Source of the DNA: an uncultured Acidimicrobiales bacterium
GTDB taxonomy: Bacteria > Actinomycetota > Acidimicrobiia > Acidimicrobiales > RAAP-2
Assembly (NCBI GenBank): GCA_963734435.1
Contig: CAVTHA010000010.1
Span: 26,546-90,545, forward strand
DNA: 64,000 nt
Reading direction: 5' to 3'
Made by a program: the position numbers and the translations under genes. Below are positions 1-12,060 of the stretch, piece by piece (within the stretch, counting starts at the first letter, position 1; every line of letters starts with the position of its first letter). The notes under the pieces are model-generated. The model had not been told where the DNA came from. It saw only the letters and a list, made by a program, of their open reading frames with translations, and searched no databases.

Positions 1-1670
1 ACCCCTTCGCCGGCCTTGGTCTTTGCCGCCTTGGCCGTCGTCGTGGTGGTGGTCGCCGGCGCCCCCAGGGTGCAGGGCACCGGGTTCCACGGCCTCGGGC
101 TGCGTGTTGGTGTAGACGTCGCCCGGGATCGTCGTGGTCGTCGTGGGCGACCCGGGCGTGGTCGTGGTGGTGCGTGGTCGTGGTGACCGTCAGGGCGGCG
201 TTGGCCACCCAGAGGGTCACGTTGTTGCCGGTCAGGCTGGAGTCGGGCACGTAGGTCACCTTGCCCTTGAGCGAGTCCGCCAGCGTCTGGGCGGCGGGGA
301 GCCCGGAGGGGCCGTAGAAGATCTCCGAGGGCTCACCGGCCGGGATCACGCTCGGTGCGTTGTTGATGCCGGTGATCACGAAGCCGTTCTCTCGGAGGCC
401 GGCGGCCGTGTCGCTGGCCAGCTAGCCCCGCCCCGGAGGCGTTGAGGACATCCACCGAGACCGCGCTGTTGGCCAGGGGCGGGGCCGTCGTGGTGGTCGT
501 GGTCGACGGCTTGGGCTTGGGCACGCCGAGCTGGTTGAACGCGGCGATCATCTGGTCGGCGTAGGGCTGGGCCGCCAGGAGGACGTCGGCGCCGCCGTCG
601 GTGACGTAACTCGTGGTCGGCAGCGTCTCGGTGATCAGGTGTGACGAGGACAACCCCTGGAACTCCGTGGCGATGTGGAGCAGGTCACCCTCGGTGAGCG
701 TGTCGTCGATGGCCAGGTTGCCCACGGCGGCCGAGATGAACCCGTTGATGGCCAGCGGGTTGGTGATCGACGTGTTGACCTTGGCCAGCACGGCCCGGAA
801 GAAGGAGTCCTGCCGCTGGATCCGGCTGAAGTCCGACAGCCCGTCGTACTCCCAGTAGCCGTTCGGTGTTCATGTACTGCGAGGTGCCGGCTCCGCACGA
901 GCTGCAAGGCCACGGTGCCGTTGACGACCTGGCAGCCCGGTCGTGGTGACGTCGAGCCCGGTGTAGGCGTCCTTGACCGCGGTGGGGAAGTCCATGGTGA
1001 CGCCGCCGAGGGCGTTGACCATGCCCGAGAAGCCGTGGAAGCCGACCGAGATGTAGTGGTTGATCGGGATGTGCAGGACCGACTCGATGGTCTGGATGAG
1101 GAGGTCGGGACCGGAGTTGTAGGCGGCGTTGATCCGGTTCATCCCCGAGATGTCGCTGCTGTTCTGCGGGAATGTCGACCCACAGGTCGCGCGGGATCGA
1201 GATGACCGTGACCGATTTGGTGGCCGGGACGAAGCGGGCCACCATGGTGACGTCGCTGCGCTGGCCCCCGGCGTCGGCGTCGTCGCCGAAGGCCTTCACC
1301 TGGGTGGGGTTGCTGACGAAGGCGCGGGAGTCGGAGCCGACCAGCAGCACGTTGAAGGGCTGGCCCGGGCTTGGCCGTCTGCTTGACCAGGTGCTTGGAG
1401 TGGATCTTCGGGATCTCGTCGTAGCGGTAGCGGGCGTAGAAGAAGATGCCGCCGGCACCGGCCGCGGCGAGGAAGACGATGAAGGCCAGCGCGTAGAGGA
1501 TGCGCCGCCGCCAGCGATGCTTGCGGCGACCTTCTTGCGGCCTTGCGCAACTGCTTCTGCAGGTCCGGCGGAGTCGAGATCCTCGGCCGGAGCTCGGCCA
1601 CAGCTCGGGTGAAGTTCGCCGCAGTCTCAGCGACTTCAGCGGAGCGCCCGCGGAGTCTCCGGCGTGTCAC
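1..1670 (-). CDS. LytR-CpsA-Psr (LCP) family cell-envelope transferase; 3' end runs off the window start; frame broken near 790, 1145 and 1480
   Basis: LCP-domain motifs in ORF 870..1142(-) (INAAYNSGPDLLIQTIESVLHIPINHYISVGFHGFSGMVNALGGVTMDF) and ORF 685..1458(-) (FNVLLVGSDSRAF...VTVISIPRDLWVDIP). An N-terminal TM helix (ILYALAFIVFLAAAGAGGIFF) appears when 1440-1500 is reverse-translated. A Thr-rich linker and C-terminal domain continue to base 1. Confidence 0.7.
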
Positions 1671-1823
1671 TCGAGCCGGATGTCGCAGCCGCGTCTCGCC
1701 GAACTCTCGCGGGTCAGCTCGGCCGGAGTCTCGCGGTGAGTCTCGTGGGGAGGCCCGTCAGGTGCATCGTCGCGGCTCAAGGACCAGAAAATACATGGCG
1801 GGACCGTCCGGTAGCCTTCGCCG

Positions 1824-3003
1824 GTGGATTTTTACCTTCCCGACGAACTCGCCGCGCTGCAGGCATCGGTGCGCCGCCTGGCCCAGGACAAGGTCAAGCC
1901 CCGGGCCCGCGCCATCGACAAGGACGGCACCTACCCCGCAGGACCTCTTCGACGCCTTCCGGGACGCCGGACTGCTCGGGCTGTGCATTCCCACCGAGTA
2001 CGGCGGCTCGGGGGCGGGGATTCTGGGCCTCGCCATCGCCATCGAAGAGGTGGCGAAGTACTCGAACTCGGCCGCCTTGATGCTGCTGCTTGACCCGCCT
2101 GCCCACCGGCCCGGTCATGATCGCCGGCACGGAGGCGCAGAAGCAGCAGGTACCTCACCGGGATCGCCGAGGGCACGCAACGGGCGGCCTTCGGGCTCTC
2201 CGAGCCCCAGGCGGGCAGCGACGTGATGGGCATGCGCACCCGGGGGGTGCCGGACGCCGGCGGGGCAGGCGGCTGGATCCTCAACGGCACCAAGTGCTGG
2301 ATGTCCGGCGTGCGCGAGGCGGACTGGTACACCGTGTTCGCCAAGACGAGCGAGCCCACCAGCCGGGCCCACGATTCGATCACCGCGTTCATCGTGGAGC
2401 GGAAGTTGGGACGGGGTCGAGGTCGGGCGGACCGATCACAAGATGGGCGTCAAGGGCGTCGACACCGGCGAGTTGCTGCTGACCGACGTGCACGTGCCGG
2501 CCGAGAACGTGATCGGTGAGGTCGGCGGTTTCCGCCTGGCCATGCTCGGCCTCAACGCCATGCGCCCGATCGTGGCCGCCCGCGGCATCGGGCTGGCCGA
2601 GGGCGCGCTCATGTACGCCACCGAGTACGTCCAGCAGCGGGCGGCCTTCGGCAAGACCATCGCCGACTTCCAGGGCATCCAGTGGGAGATCGCCAAGTGC
2701 GCCGTCGACATCGAGGCGGCCCGCCTGCTGACCTACCGCGCCGCCGTCCTGGCCGACGAGGGCAAGTTCACCAAGGAGTACGTGCCCTACCTCTCCATGG
2801 CCAAGTACCACGCCACCGAGCTGGCCGTGCGGGCCTCGTCGCTGGCCGTGCAGCTCCTGGGGGCGGCCGGGTACATGGAGGACCATCCGACCGAGCAGTG
2901 GTACCGCGACGCCAAGCAGCTGACCATCGTCGAGGGCACCTCGCAGGTGCAGCTCGGCCTGATCGCCCGGGGCGTCTTGGACCGGGACCTGTGGTGGGAC
3001 TGA
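1824..3003 (+). CDS. acyl-CoA dehydrogenase (FadE-like); at least 4 apparent frameshifts
   Basis: The protein can be followed across frames: LPDELAALQASVRRLAQDKVKP (1824 frame), QDLFDAFRDAGLLGLCIPTEYGGSGAGILGLAIAIEEVAKYS (1543 frame), PVMIAGTEAQKQQ, WILNGTKCWMSGVREADWYTVFAKT, and the C-terminus in ORF 2443..3003 (AARGIGLAEGALMYATEYVQQRAAFGKTIADFQGIQWEIAKCA...WYRDAKQLTIVEGTSQVQ). Confidence 0.85.
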
Positions 3004-3011
3004 CGCTGCGG

Positions 3012-4068
3012 GTGAGGCCCGATGTCCTGAGCCGCCTGATCGTGCCCGGGAGTCGCTCACCGAGACAGAGGCCGAGGCCACCTTGGGCTCGGTGCTGGCC
3101 GGCGAGGCGACGCCGGCGCAGATCGGCGCCTTCCTGACCCTCCTGCACGCCAAGGGCGAGACCGATCGAAGAGGTGACCGGCCTGGCGCGGGCCATGGTG
3201 GACGCCGCGGTGCCCCTCGACCTGCCCGTCGGCCCCGACGCGGTGGTCGATCTGGTCGGGACCGGCGGCGACCGCCTGAGCAGCATCAACGTGACCACCC
3301 TGGCCTCGCTGATCGTCGCCGGGTGCGGGGTGACGGTCTGCAAGCACGGGGGGCGGTCGGCCTCGTCGTCGGTGGGCTCGGCCGACGTGCTCGAGGCGTT
3401 GGGCGTGGCCATCGAGGTCGGCCCGGTGGGCGTGGCCCGCTGCGTGGCCGAGGCGGGGATCGGCTTCTGCTTCGCCCAACGCTTTCACCCGGCCATGCGC
3501 TACGTGGCGCCGATCCGCCGCGAGCTCGGCGTGCCGACCATCTTCAACTTCCTCGGCCCGCTGACCAACCCGTCCCGGACCCGCCACCAGCTGGTGGGCG
3601 TCAACGATCCCGCCATGGCCACCATCATGGCCACCGTGCTCGGGGCCACCGGGAGCCGGCGGGCCATGATCATCTATGCCGACGACGGACTGGACGAGCT
3701 CAGCGTGACCTCGCCCTCGACCGTGCTCGAGCTCAACGGCGACGGTGCCGGCTCGTTCGAGCTCTCCGAGTGGCGGGTCGACCCCACCTCGCTCGGCTTC
3801 GCCCCGGCCACCATGGAAGACCTGCGCGGCGGGGACGCCGCGTTCAACGCCGCGGCCATCCGATCGGTGCTCGAGGGGAGCGCCGGGGCCGAATCGCGAC
3901 ATCGGGGTGCTCAACGCCGCCGCCGCCCTCATGGTGATCGGCCGGGTCGACGACCTGGCGGCCGGGGTGGAGCTGGCTCGCGCAGTCCATCGACGCCGGG
4001 CGGGCCGAGGCGGCACTCGACGCGCTGGTGGCCACCTCGCAGGCGGCCTGGGCCGAGTCGCCGGACTG
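3012..4068 (+). CDS. trpD: anthranilate phosphoribosyltransferase; frameshifts near 3050, 3165 and 3895
   Basis: N-terminus PDVLSRLIVPG / EATPAQIGAFLTLLHAKGET; core of ORF 3174..4262 (DLVGTGGDRLSSINVTTLASLIVAGCGVTVCKHGGRSASSSVGSADVLEALG...FNFLGPLTNPSR); C-terminus DIGVLNAAAALMVIGRVDDLAAGVELA. Confidence 0.85.
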
Positions 4069-4074
4069 AGCGAC

Positions 4075-5139
4075 CGGCGCTGGCGTCGGCGCAGTTGCCG
4101 CACCGACGGTCGGGCGCGCCGCGCACGTCCGCCCCGCCGGCCGGGCTGACCCGCCAGGCCGGCAGGGGGGCGTGGCTCTCGGGACTGAGGGCGGGCGAGT
4201 CCGGCGCGCACAGGGCGATGGCGCACCCGCCGAAGCCTCCGCCCGTCATGCGGGCCCCGTAGACGCCGGGCATGCGCCACCAGGCGGTCGACCAGCTCGT
4301 CGAGGGCGGGGATCGAGACCCGGAAGTCCTCGGCCAGGCTGCGGTGCCCGTCGGTCATCACCGCCCCGACGGCCGGTCAGATTGCTCGCGGCCCAAGAGC
4401 CGCTCGACCTCGCGCACCCGGGCGCACTCGGTGATGACGTGGCGGGCCCGTCGGCGCAGCACCGGGTCGGGCAGCACGCTCAGGTCACCGAGCTCGCAGA
4501 GCCCCAGAGGGCCGACCGATGAGGTTGGCCGCCCGCTCGCACTCGGCCCGACGATCGGCATAGGGCGAGGAGCCGAGCTCGCGGCTGGCCCCGCAGTGCA
4601 CGACCACGAACGCCGCCCCCTCGGGGATCGGCGACCTGATGGCGACTCGAGGGTGGCGAAGTCGATGGAGAGGGCGTGGCCGGCCTGCGCGCCGAGAATG
4701 GCCAACGGGTCGAGCAGGCCGACCGCGGGAGCCGGCCGCCCCCTCGGCGCTCTGGCACAGCTTGGCCAGCGCCAGGGGGTCCGCCGGTCGGCCCAGGGCC
4801 AGCAGGACGGCGACCGAGAAGGCCGCGCTCGACGAGAGGCCGGCGCCGACGGGGATCGTGCTGGTGACCCGCAGTGCGCCGCCCGACGGCGGCTGGGCCA
4901 GGGCGATGAGGGCGGCCGCCAGTACGGCGTGCGGTGGCGGCCGGGGCGGTGTCGCCCAGAGGGATCTCCCACGGCTCGGGGTACTGGTCGCTGGCCACGC
5001 CGATCAAGAAGCTGCCCGCCTTGGGGGTGAAGGTGGCCTCGGTGGCCAGGTCGATGGCCATGGGGAGCGAGAGGCCCTGGTTGTAGTCGGTGTGGTCGCC
5101 GATCAGGGTGACCCGTCCGGGCGCGCGGGCGATGAGCAT
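4075..5139 (-). CDS. galK: galactokinase / GHMP-family sugar kinase; frameshifted; 3' boundary uncertain
   Basis: ORF 4480..5139(-) N-terminus [30 protein letters not shown]. The GHMP C-terminal motif [20 protein letters not shown] lies in ORF 3929..4273(-). Confidence 0.65.
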
Positions 5140-5185
5140 CGCGCCAGCTTGACCCCTATGAGGCCACTCGGGTCACGATCCTGCC

Positions 5186-6368
5186 ATGGCGCAGACATCG
5201 AGAAGCGGACCGCTCAGCGGTATCAAGATCATCGAGCTGGCGGGGATCGGGCCCTGCCCCTTACACCTGCCATGATGCTGGCTGACGCCGGCGCCCAGGT
5301 CATCCGCCTCGAGCGGGCGGCCCCCGGTGCGCCCGGAACGTGCGGCGGCGGCGGACGCCGAGCCACTGGGACCTCCTCAACCGGAGCCGTGCCTCGGTGG
5401 GGATCGACCTGAAGAATCCCGAAGCGGTCGAGCTCGTGCTGCGCCTGGTCGAGCAGGCCGACGGTCTGATCGAGGGATTCCGCCCCGGCGTGGCCGAGCG
5501 GCTGGGGCTGGGGCCGGACGCCTGCTGGGCCCGCAACACGGTCCTCGTCTACGGGCGCATGACCGGGTGGGGCCAGGAGGGCCCCATGGCCCCGACGGCC
5601 GGGCACGACATCGACTACATCGCCATCGGGGGCGCCCTGTGGTCGATGGGCCGCGCCGATTCGGCGCCGGTGCCGCCGCTGAACCTGGTGGGCGACTTCG
5701 GGGGCGGGGGCATGCTGCTCGCCTTCGGCATGGTGGCGGCGTTGCTGGAGGCGGCCCGCTCGGGCCAGGGCCAGGTCGTCGACGCGGCCATGGTCGACGG
5801 TGCGGCCTCCTTGATGACGATGATCCACTCGTTCCATGCGCGTCGGGGATGTGGAACGAGGAGCGCGGCGCCAACATGCTCGATACCGGGGCGCCGTTCT
5901 ACGAGGTCTACGAGACGGCCGACGGGAAGTACTTGGCGCTCGGGGGGATCGAGCCGAAGTTCTACGCCGAGCTCCTCGAGGGTCTCGGGCTGGCCGGCGA
6001 CCCCCTCTTCGCCGCGCAGAACGACAAGGCGAACTGGCCGGCCATGAAGGAACGGGTGGCGGCCGTGGTCGGCCACCAAGACGCGTCGACGAGTGGGACG
6101 GCCATCTTCGACGGGACCGACGCCTGCGTCGCCCCGGTCCTCTCCCCGTGGGAGGCCCACCTGCATCCGCACAACCAGGCCCGGTCGACGTTCGTCGAGG
6201 TCGACGGCGTGGTGCAGCCGGCGCCGGCGCCGCGCTTCAGCCGCACGCCCTCGTCCATCAGCCGCCCGCCGTCGTGTCCCGGGCGGCGACACGGTGTCCG
6301 GGTTGGTCGAGTGGGGCATTGACGAGGGGACGGTGGCCAAGCTGCGGGAGACGGGCGCGCTGAGTTAG
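5186..6368 (+). CDS. CoA-transferase family III / alpha-methylacyl-CoA racemase; about 3 frameshifts
   Basis: [25 protein letters not shown] + [18 protein letters not shown] + [41 protein letters not shown]...[25 protein letters not shown] + [32 protein letters not shown]...[20 protein letters not shown]. Very close to mycobacterial Mcr. Confidence 0.85.
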
Positions 6369-6891
6369 GTGCGTCGGCAGCACGGGGGCCTGGTCACGAT
6401 GAACGGGTCCGAGGCCGAACGGGTGGACGAACCCGACGGGGTCGTGCTGCGAGATGGTCGGCCCGAGGACGGGGTTGCCGTGGCGGGAGTCTTCGGGGCC
6501 GCCCGGGCGGAAATGCGCTACCTGCCCGTGCTGCACAGCCACGAGGAGCACGTGGTGTTCTTCTCGACCCGTGTGCTGCCGACCAGTCGGGTCACGGTGG
6601 CCGACGTGGCCGGCGAGGTCGTGGCCTTCTCGGCGGTCAAGGACGGCTGGCTCGACCACCTCTACGTCGCGCCGGCGCACCAGCGCCGCGGCATCGGCCG
6701 CGCCCTGTTGGGCCGGGCCATGCCGCGAGAACCCGGGCGGGTTGTCGCTGTGGGCCTTCGTGGCCAACCGCCGCGCCATCGCCTTCTACGCGGGGGCCGG
6801 GTTCGTCGAGCTGCTCCGGACCGACGGGAGTGCGAACGAAGAGCGTGAGCCGGACGTGCAGATGCGCTGGACGGCGCCGCTCAGAGGTTGA
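6369..6891 (+). CDS. GNAT family N-acetyltransferase; one frameshift near 6725; start may be the ATG at 6399
   Basis: [22 protein letters not shown] acetyl-CoA-binding motif; C-terminus [20 protein letters not shown]. Confidence 0.75.
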
Positions 6892-7117
6892 CCACCGGAC
6901 AGGTCAGCGTACGGGTGATGCCCTGGATCAGTTGGACCTGGCTGACCACCATCCGGCCCAGCTCATCGATCGAATCCGCCTCCACCCGGGCGATGACGTC
7001 GTAGGGCCCGGTCACGTCGTCGGCCACCACCACCCCGGCTATCTGGCGAATCTGCGTGGCGACGCCGGCCGCCTGGCCTACCTCGGTCTGGATGAGCACG
7101 TAGGCGTAGACGGCCAT
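6881..7117 (-). CDS. stand-alone Lrp/AsnC-type RAM (ligand-binding) domain protein, 78 aa
   Basis: [78 protein letters not shown] resembles the C-terminal effector domain of AsnC/Lrp regulators with no HTH. Lies immediately downstream of pckG. Confidence 0.6.
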   Translation of the reverse strand: MAVYAYVLIQTEVGQAAGVATQIRQIAGVVVADDVTGPYDVIARVEADSIDELGRMVVSQVQLIQGITRTLTCPVVNL

Positions 7118-7143
7118 GGCACACGTGGAGAGCTCGAGAGCTC

Positions 7144-8937
7144 TTAGTCCAGGCGCTCCTCGAGCGCGTCGACCTCTTTGTCGAGCGCGGCCGGAAGGCG
7201 ATCGCCGAATTGGCGTAGTGCTCCCGGATGGACGGCACTTCGGCCTGCCATTCGGCCGCGTCGACCCGCAGGAGCTCGGCCATGTCGTCCTCGGTGACGT
7301 CGAGCCCGCGATGTCGATGTCGGTGGTCCCGGGCACCCACCCGATGGGCGTGTCGGTGGCCTTGGCCTCGCCCCCCACCCGGTTGAACACCCACTCGAGG
7401 ACCCGCGAGTTGTCGCCGTAGCCGGGCCAGAGCCACTTGCCGTCGGCGTTCTTGCGGAACCAGTTGACGTAGAAGATCTTGGGCAGGAGGTCGCGGTCGG
7501 GGGCGGTGGCGCCGATCTCCAGCCAGTGCGCGAAGTAGTCGGCCATGTTGTAGCCGCAGAAGGGCAGCATGGCGAAGGGGTCACGGCGCAGGTTCCCGAC
7601 GGCGCCGGCGGCGGCGGCGGTGGTCTCCGACGCCATGATCGACCCGAGGAACACCCCGTGCTCCCAGTCACGCGACTGGAACACCAGAGGGACGACCGAG
7701 GCCCGCCGGCCGCCGAGGAGGATGGCCGAGATCGGCACACCCTTCGGGTCCTCCCATTCGGGGGCGATGGCCGGGTCCTGGCTGGCCGGGGTGGTGAAGC
7801 GGGCGTTGGGATGGGCGGCCGGCGTGCCCGAGGCCGGTGTCCAGTCCTGGCCCTTCCAGTCGGTGAGGTGAGCCGGCGGCTCGTCGGTCATGCCTTCCCA
7901 CCACACGTCGCCGTCGTCGGTCAGCGCCGTGTTGGTGAAGATGCAGTTGCCGTCGAGCGTGAGCATGGCGTTCGGATTGGTGTGGGTGTTCGTGCCCGGG
8001 GCCACGCCGAAGAAACCCGGCTTCGGGGTTGATGGCGTAGAGGCGGCCGTCGTCGCCGAATTTCATCCAGCAGATGTCGTCACCGATCGTCTCGACCTTC
8101 CAGCCCTCGAGGGACGGGATGAGCATGGCCAGGTTCGTCTTGCCGCACGCCGAGGGGAACGCCCCGGTGACGTAGCGGGTCTCGCCGGCGGGGGAGGTGA
8201 GCTTCAGGATCAGCATGTGCTCGGCCATCCAGCCGTTGTCGCGGGCCATGACCGAGGCGATGCGGAGGGCGAAGCACTTCTTGCCCAGGAGCGCGTTGCC
8301 GCCGTAGCCCGATCCGTAGGAGATGATCTCGCGGGTCTCGGGGAAGTGGACGATGTACTTGTTCTCGGCGTCGCACGGCCAGGGCGACGTCGGCCTGGCC
8401 CGGCTCGAGAGGCGCACCGACCGAGTGGAGGCAGGGGACGAAGTCGCCGTCCGTCCCCGAGGACCTCGAGCGCGCCGGTGCCCATGCGGGCCATGATGCG
8501 CATGGAGACCACCACGTAGGGCGAGTCGGTCAACTCGACGCCGATGTGGGCGATCTCCGAGCCGAGGGGACCCATGGAGAAGGGGACCACGTACATGGTG
8601 CGGCCCCGCATGCAGCCTTTCATCAACCCGTTGAGGAGGGACCGCATCTCGTCGGGGTCACGCCAGTTGTTGGTCGGGCCGGCGTCGATCTCCTCCTTCG
8701 AGCAGATGAAGGTCCGGTCCTCCACCCGGGCCACGTCGCCCGGGTCCGAATGGGCCCAGTAGCTGTTGGGCCGCTTGGCGTCGGACAGCTTGGTGAAGGT
8801 GCCGGCGTCGACGAGCAACTGGCACAGGCGGTCGTACTCGTCGGCCGAGCCGTCGCACCATTCGATCCGGTCGGGCGTGGTCACGGCCGCGACTTCATTC
8901 ACCCAGGCGAGGAGTTTGGCGTTCGTGGTGCTGGGCA
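7144..8937 (-). CDS. pckG: phosphoenolpyruvate carboxykinase (GTP); at least 4 apparent frameshifts
   Basis: N-terminus [38 protein letters not shown]...[11 protein letters not shown]; middle [45 protein letters not shown]...[11 protein letters not shown]; C-terminal part [30 protein letters not shown]...[10 protein letters not shown]...[20 protein letters not shown]. Pieces lie in ORFs 8210..9052, 7668..8417, 6881..8005, 6963..7436 and 7144..7740 (all minus strand). Confidence 0.9.
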
Positions 8938-9022
8938 TGTGGGGTAGCTCTACTCCTTGGTTCGGCCGATGCATGCGGCGTCCAATGCTAGGCATGTGCC
9001 GTGGGTTCCCCCAAACCCGGGC

Positions 9023-9976
9023 GCATGTCCCGTCTGGTTGAAGACGAGACATTGGAGCGTATCCGCCACGCGCTCGAAAATGGAATCGAGGGGGGTGGGT
9101 TGCGCGACGACGCCGCCGTGCTCGACGTCCCCGCCGGCGGCGCCGTGGTGGTCTCGGTCGACAGCGTGGTGGACGGCGTTCATGTCGATCTGGCCCTCTG
9201 CAGCCCCCACGATGTGGGGTGGAAGGCGCTCATGGGGGCGTTGAGCGACCTGGCGGCCATGGGGGCCCGCCCCATCGGGGCGCTGGTGGCGCTGTGCGTA
9301 CCGGAATCGGCCGGCGGGGGCGAGGTCACGCTCGGCGTCATGGAAGGGGTGGCCCAGGCGTCGCAGGTCGCTGGGTGCCCCGTGGTGGGGGGCGACGTCT
9401 CGTCCGCCGGCGTGCTGGTGGTGGCGGTGACCGTCATGGGCACGCTCGACGGGGGGACGCCGGTGCCGCGCTCCGGGGCCTCGGCCGGGGACGTGATCCT
9501 GGTCACCGGACCCTGTGGTGGCTCGGCGGCCGGGTTGCGGGTCCTGCGGTCAGGCGCCGGGGCGCCCGGGCCGGAGCCCGGTCGAGGCGTCTCTGGCGGC
9601 GGCGTACCGGCGACCGGTGGCGCGTCTGGCCGAAGGGGAGGCGGCCCGCCGGGCCGGGGCGTCCGCCATGATGGATGTGTCGGACGGGCTGGCGCTCGAC
9701 CTGCACCGCCTGGCCGACGCGTCGGAGGTCGGCTTCGTCCTCGATTCGGTCCCGGTGGCCGACGGCGCCACGCTCGAGGAGGCGCTGGGTGGCGGAGAGG
9801 ACTACGAGCTGGTGGTCGTGATCGGCCCCGACCGGGTCGACACGGCGGCGGGTTCGTGGGCCGGGGCGGGACTGCGCCCGCTCCAGAGGATCGGGGTGGT
9901 GACGGCGGACCCGACTCACCGCACGCTCGGGGGCCGCGAGCTGGCGCAACTGGGGTGGCAACACCGCCTGGGCTAG
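9023..9976 (+). CDS. thiL: thiamine-monophosphate kinase; one frameshift near 9580
   Basis: [28 protein letters not shown]...[14 protein letters not shown]...[20 protein letters not shown], then [27 protein letters not shown]...[10 protein letters not shown]. Confidence 0.85.
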
Positions 9977-10032
9977 GGCGGGCGAGGAGCCCGGCGACGG
10001 CCCGAGCGCCCGACGGAGATCCGCCGGGTGAC

Positions 10033-10251
10033 TCAGCTGGCGGAGGCGGCCGGGGTGCGGCGGACAGGCTTGGTCACCTTGCCGGCCCGAATGCACGATG
10101 TGCACACGTGCAGCCGCTTCGGTGCGCCGTTCACCAGGGCACGCACCCGCTGGATGTTGGGGTTCCAGCGCCGCTTGGTGCGCCGGTGGGAGTGGCTCAC
10201 GCTCATGCCGAACGAGGGCTTCTTGCCACAGATATCGCACACTGCTGCCAT
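10033..10251 (-). CDS. rpmB: 50S ribosomal protein L28
   Basis: [59 protein letters not shown]. Confidence 0.9.
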   Translation of the reverse strand: MAAVCDICGKKPSFGMSVSHSHRRTKRRWNPNIQRVRALVNGAPKRLHVCTSCIRAGKVTKPVRRTPAASAS

Positions 10252-10333
10252 TGGGTAGACCTTCCTGGGGGCGGCCGCGGTGTTCTCACCACGCAGGCCT
10301 TCACGAACGGCGCAAAGGTTAGCATCCCTTGCC

Positions 10334-12043
10334 ATGACCTCCCTGGCGACCCTGGGCGCGGACGACCTGCGCACCGTGATGGGTCGCTTCCGTGACGCGC
10401 TGCGTCAGCACCAGGGGGACATCAACCGCCTGAACGTGTACCCGGTGCCCGACGGCGACACCGGCACCAACATGGCCCTGACGCTGGAGGCCGTGGTGAC
10501 CGAGCTCGAGGGCGTGCCGGCCGGCTCGGGCCTACCCCTGGTCTGCAAGGCCATCGGCCACGGCTCGCTCATGGGGGCGCGGGGCAACTCGGGGGTGATC
10601 CTCTCCCAGCTCCTGCGGGGCATGTGCGACCGCATGGGGGTGGCCGAGTCCGGCGTGGACGCGACCGTTCTCTCCGATGCACTGGGACACGCCTCCGATC
10701 TGGCCCGGCGCGCCGTGGTGCGCCCGGTCGAGGGGACGATCCTGACGGTGGCCGCGGCGGCCGCCGCCGGCGCGGCGGCCGGGGTCGGTGAGGCCGGGGC
10801 CACCCTGATCGGCGTGGTCGAGCGGGCCCACGGCGTGGCCGCCGATGCGCTGGCCCGCACGCCCGAGATGCTGCCCGTACTGGCCCAGGCCGGCGTGGTC
10901 GACGCCGGCGGGACCGGGTTCCTCCTGCTTGCTCGATGCGTGCTGGTCGGTCGTCGACACCGCCCACCGCTGCCCGAGCCCTCGGGTGTCCCCGAGGTCG
11001 ACCTGTCCCGGGCTGGGCGCGGTGGCGGACGAGGGCTACAACCGGAGGAAGGACGATCGCGGCACCGACGAGGAGCCCCACGTCGGCGACCTCCGCTACG
11101 AGGTGATGTACCTCCTCTACGCCCCGGACGACTCCATGCCCGACTTCAAAGAGGTGTGGGCGGGCATCGGGGACTCCATCGTGGTGGTCGGCGGCGACGG
11201 GCTGTGGAACTGCCATATCCACACCGACGACATCGGCGCCGCCATCGAGGCCGGCGTCGAGACCGGGCGGCCCCAGCGGATCCGGGTCACCGACCTGGCC
11301 GAGCAGGTGGAGGAGGAGCGCTGGGTCCGCGAGGCGTCCAGCGCGTCCGACGCCGGCGCCGGCGCGGTGCGGGAGGGCCCGATGCCCACGACGAGCGTGG
11401 TGGCCGTGGTGACCGGCGACGGCATCGGCCGCATCTTCCGCTCGCTGGGCGTGCACCACCAGGTGGTCGGGGGCCAGTCGATGAACCCCTCCACCCACGA
11501 CCTGCTCAAGGCGGTCGAGGCTCGTCGACTCCGACGAGGTGGTGATCCTGCCCAACAACAAGAACATCCGGCCGGTGGCCGAGCAGGTGGACGCGCTGAG
11601 CGAGAAGACGGTGCGGGTGGTGGCGACCGGGAGCATCCTCGAGGGGTTCGCCGCCCTGCTGGCCTACGACCCCGCCGCCGGGGCGGCCGTCAACGCGGCC
11701 AGCATGGGCGAGTCGGCCGCCCGCGTCGTGCCCGGCCGAGGTCACCCGGGCCGTCCGCGACACGACGACCGACGCGGGCGAGGTGCGCCAGGGCGACTGG
11801 ATCGGCATCTCCCGCGACGGCGTGATCTCCATCGCGGACTCGGTGGTGATCGCCACCCGCCTGCTCCTGAGCCGCCTGCTGACCGACCAGCACGAGCTGG
11901 TGACGCTCATCGAAGGGGAGGGCTCCAAGGCGGCCGACACCCGCCGGATCAGTGAGTGGCTCAGCGAGGAGTACCCCGACGTCGCCCTCGAGGTCCACCA
12001 CGGGGGTCAGCCGCTCTACCCCTACCTCCTGGGCATCGAGTAG
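10334..12043 (+). CDS. DAK2-domain protein (YloV/DegV-like); about 3 frameshifts
   Basis: [51 protein letters not shown]...; continues in ORFs 10845, 11539 and 11783. Located in the thiL - rpmB - yloV - recG arrangement conserved in actinobacteria. Confidence 0.8.
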
Positions 12044-12060
12044 GCCGGAACCGGGAGCGA

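Noticed and set aside
3057-4361. 434-aa and other long minus-strand ORFs across the trpD region
   Set aside because: They are antisense to trpD, have low-complexity translations and lack motifs. The TrpD protein is clearly readable on the plus strand.
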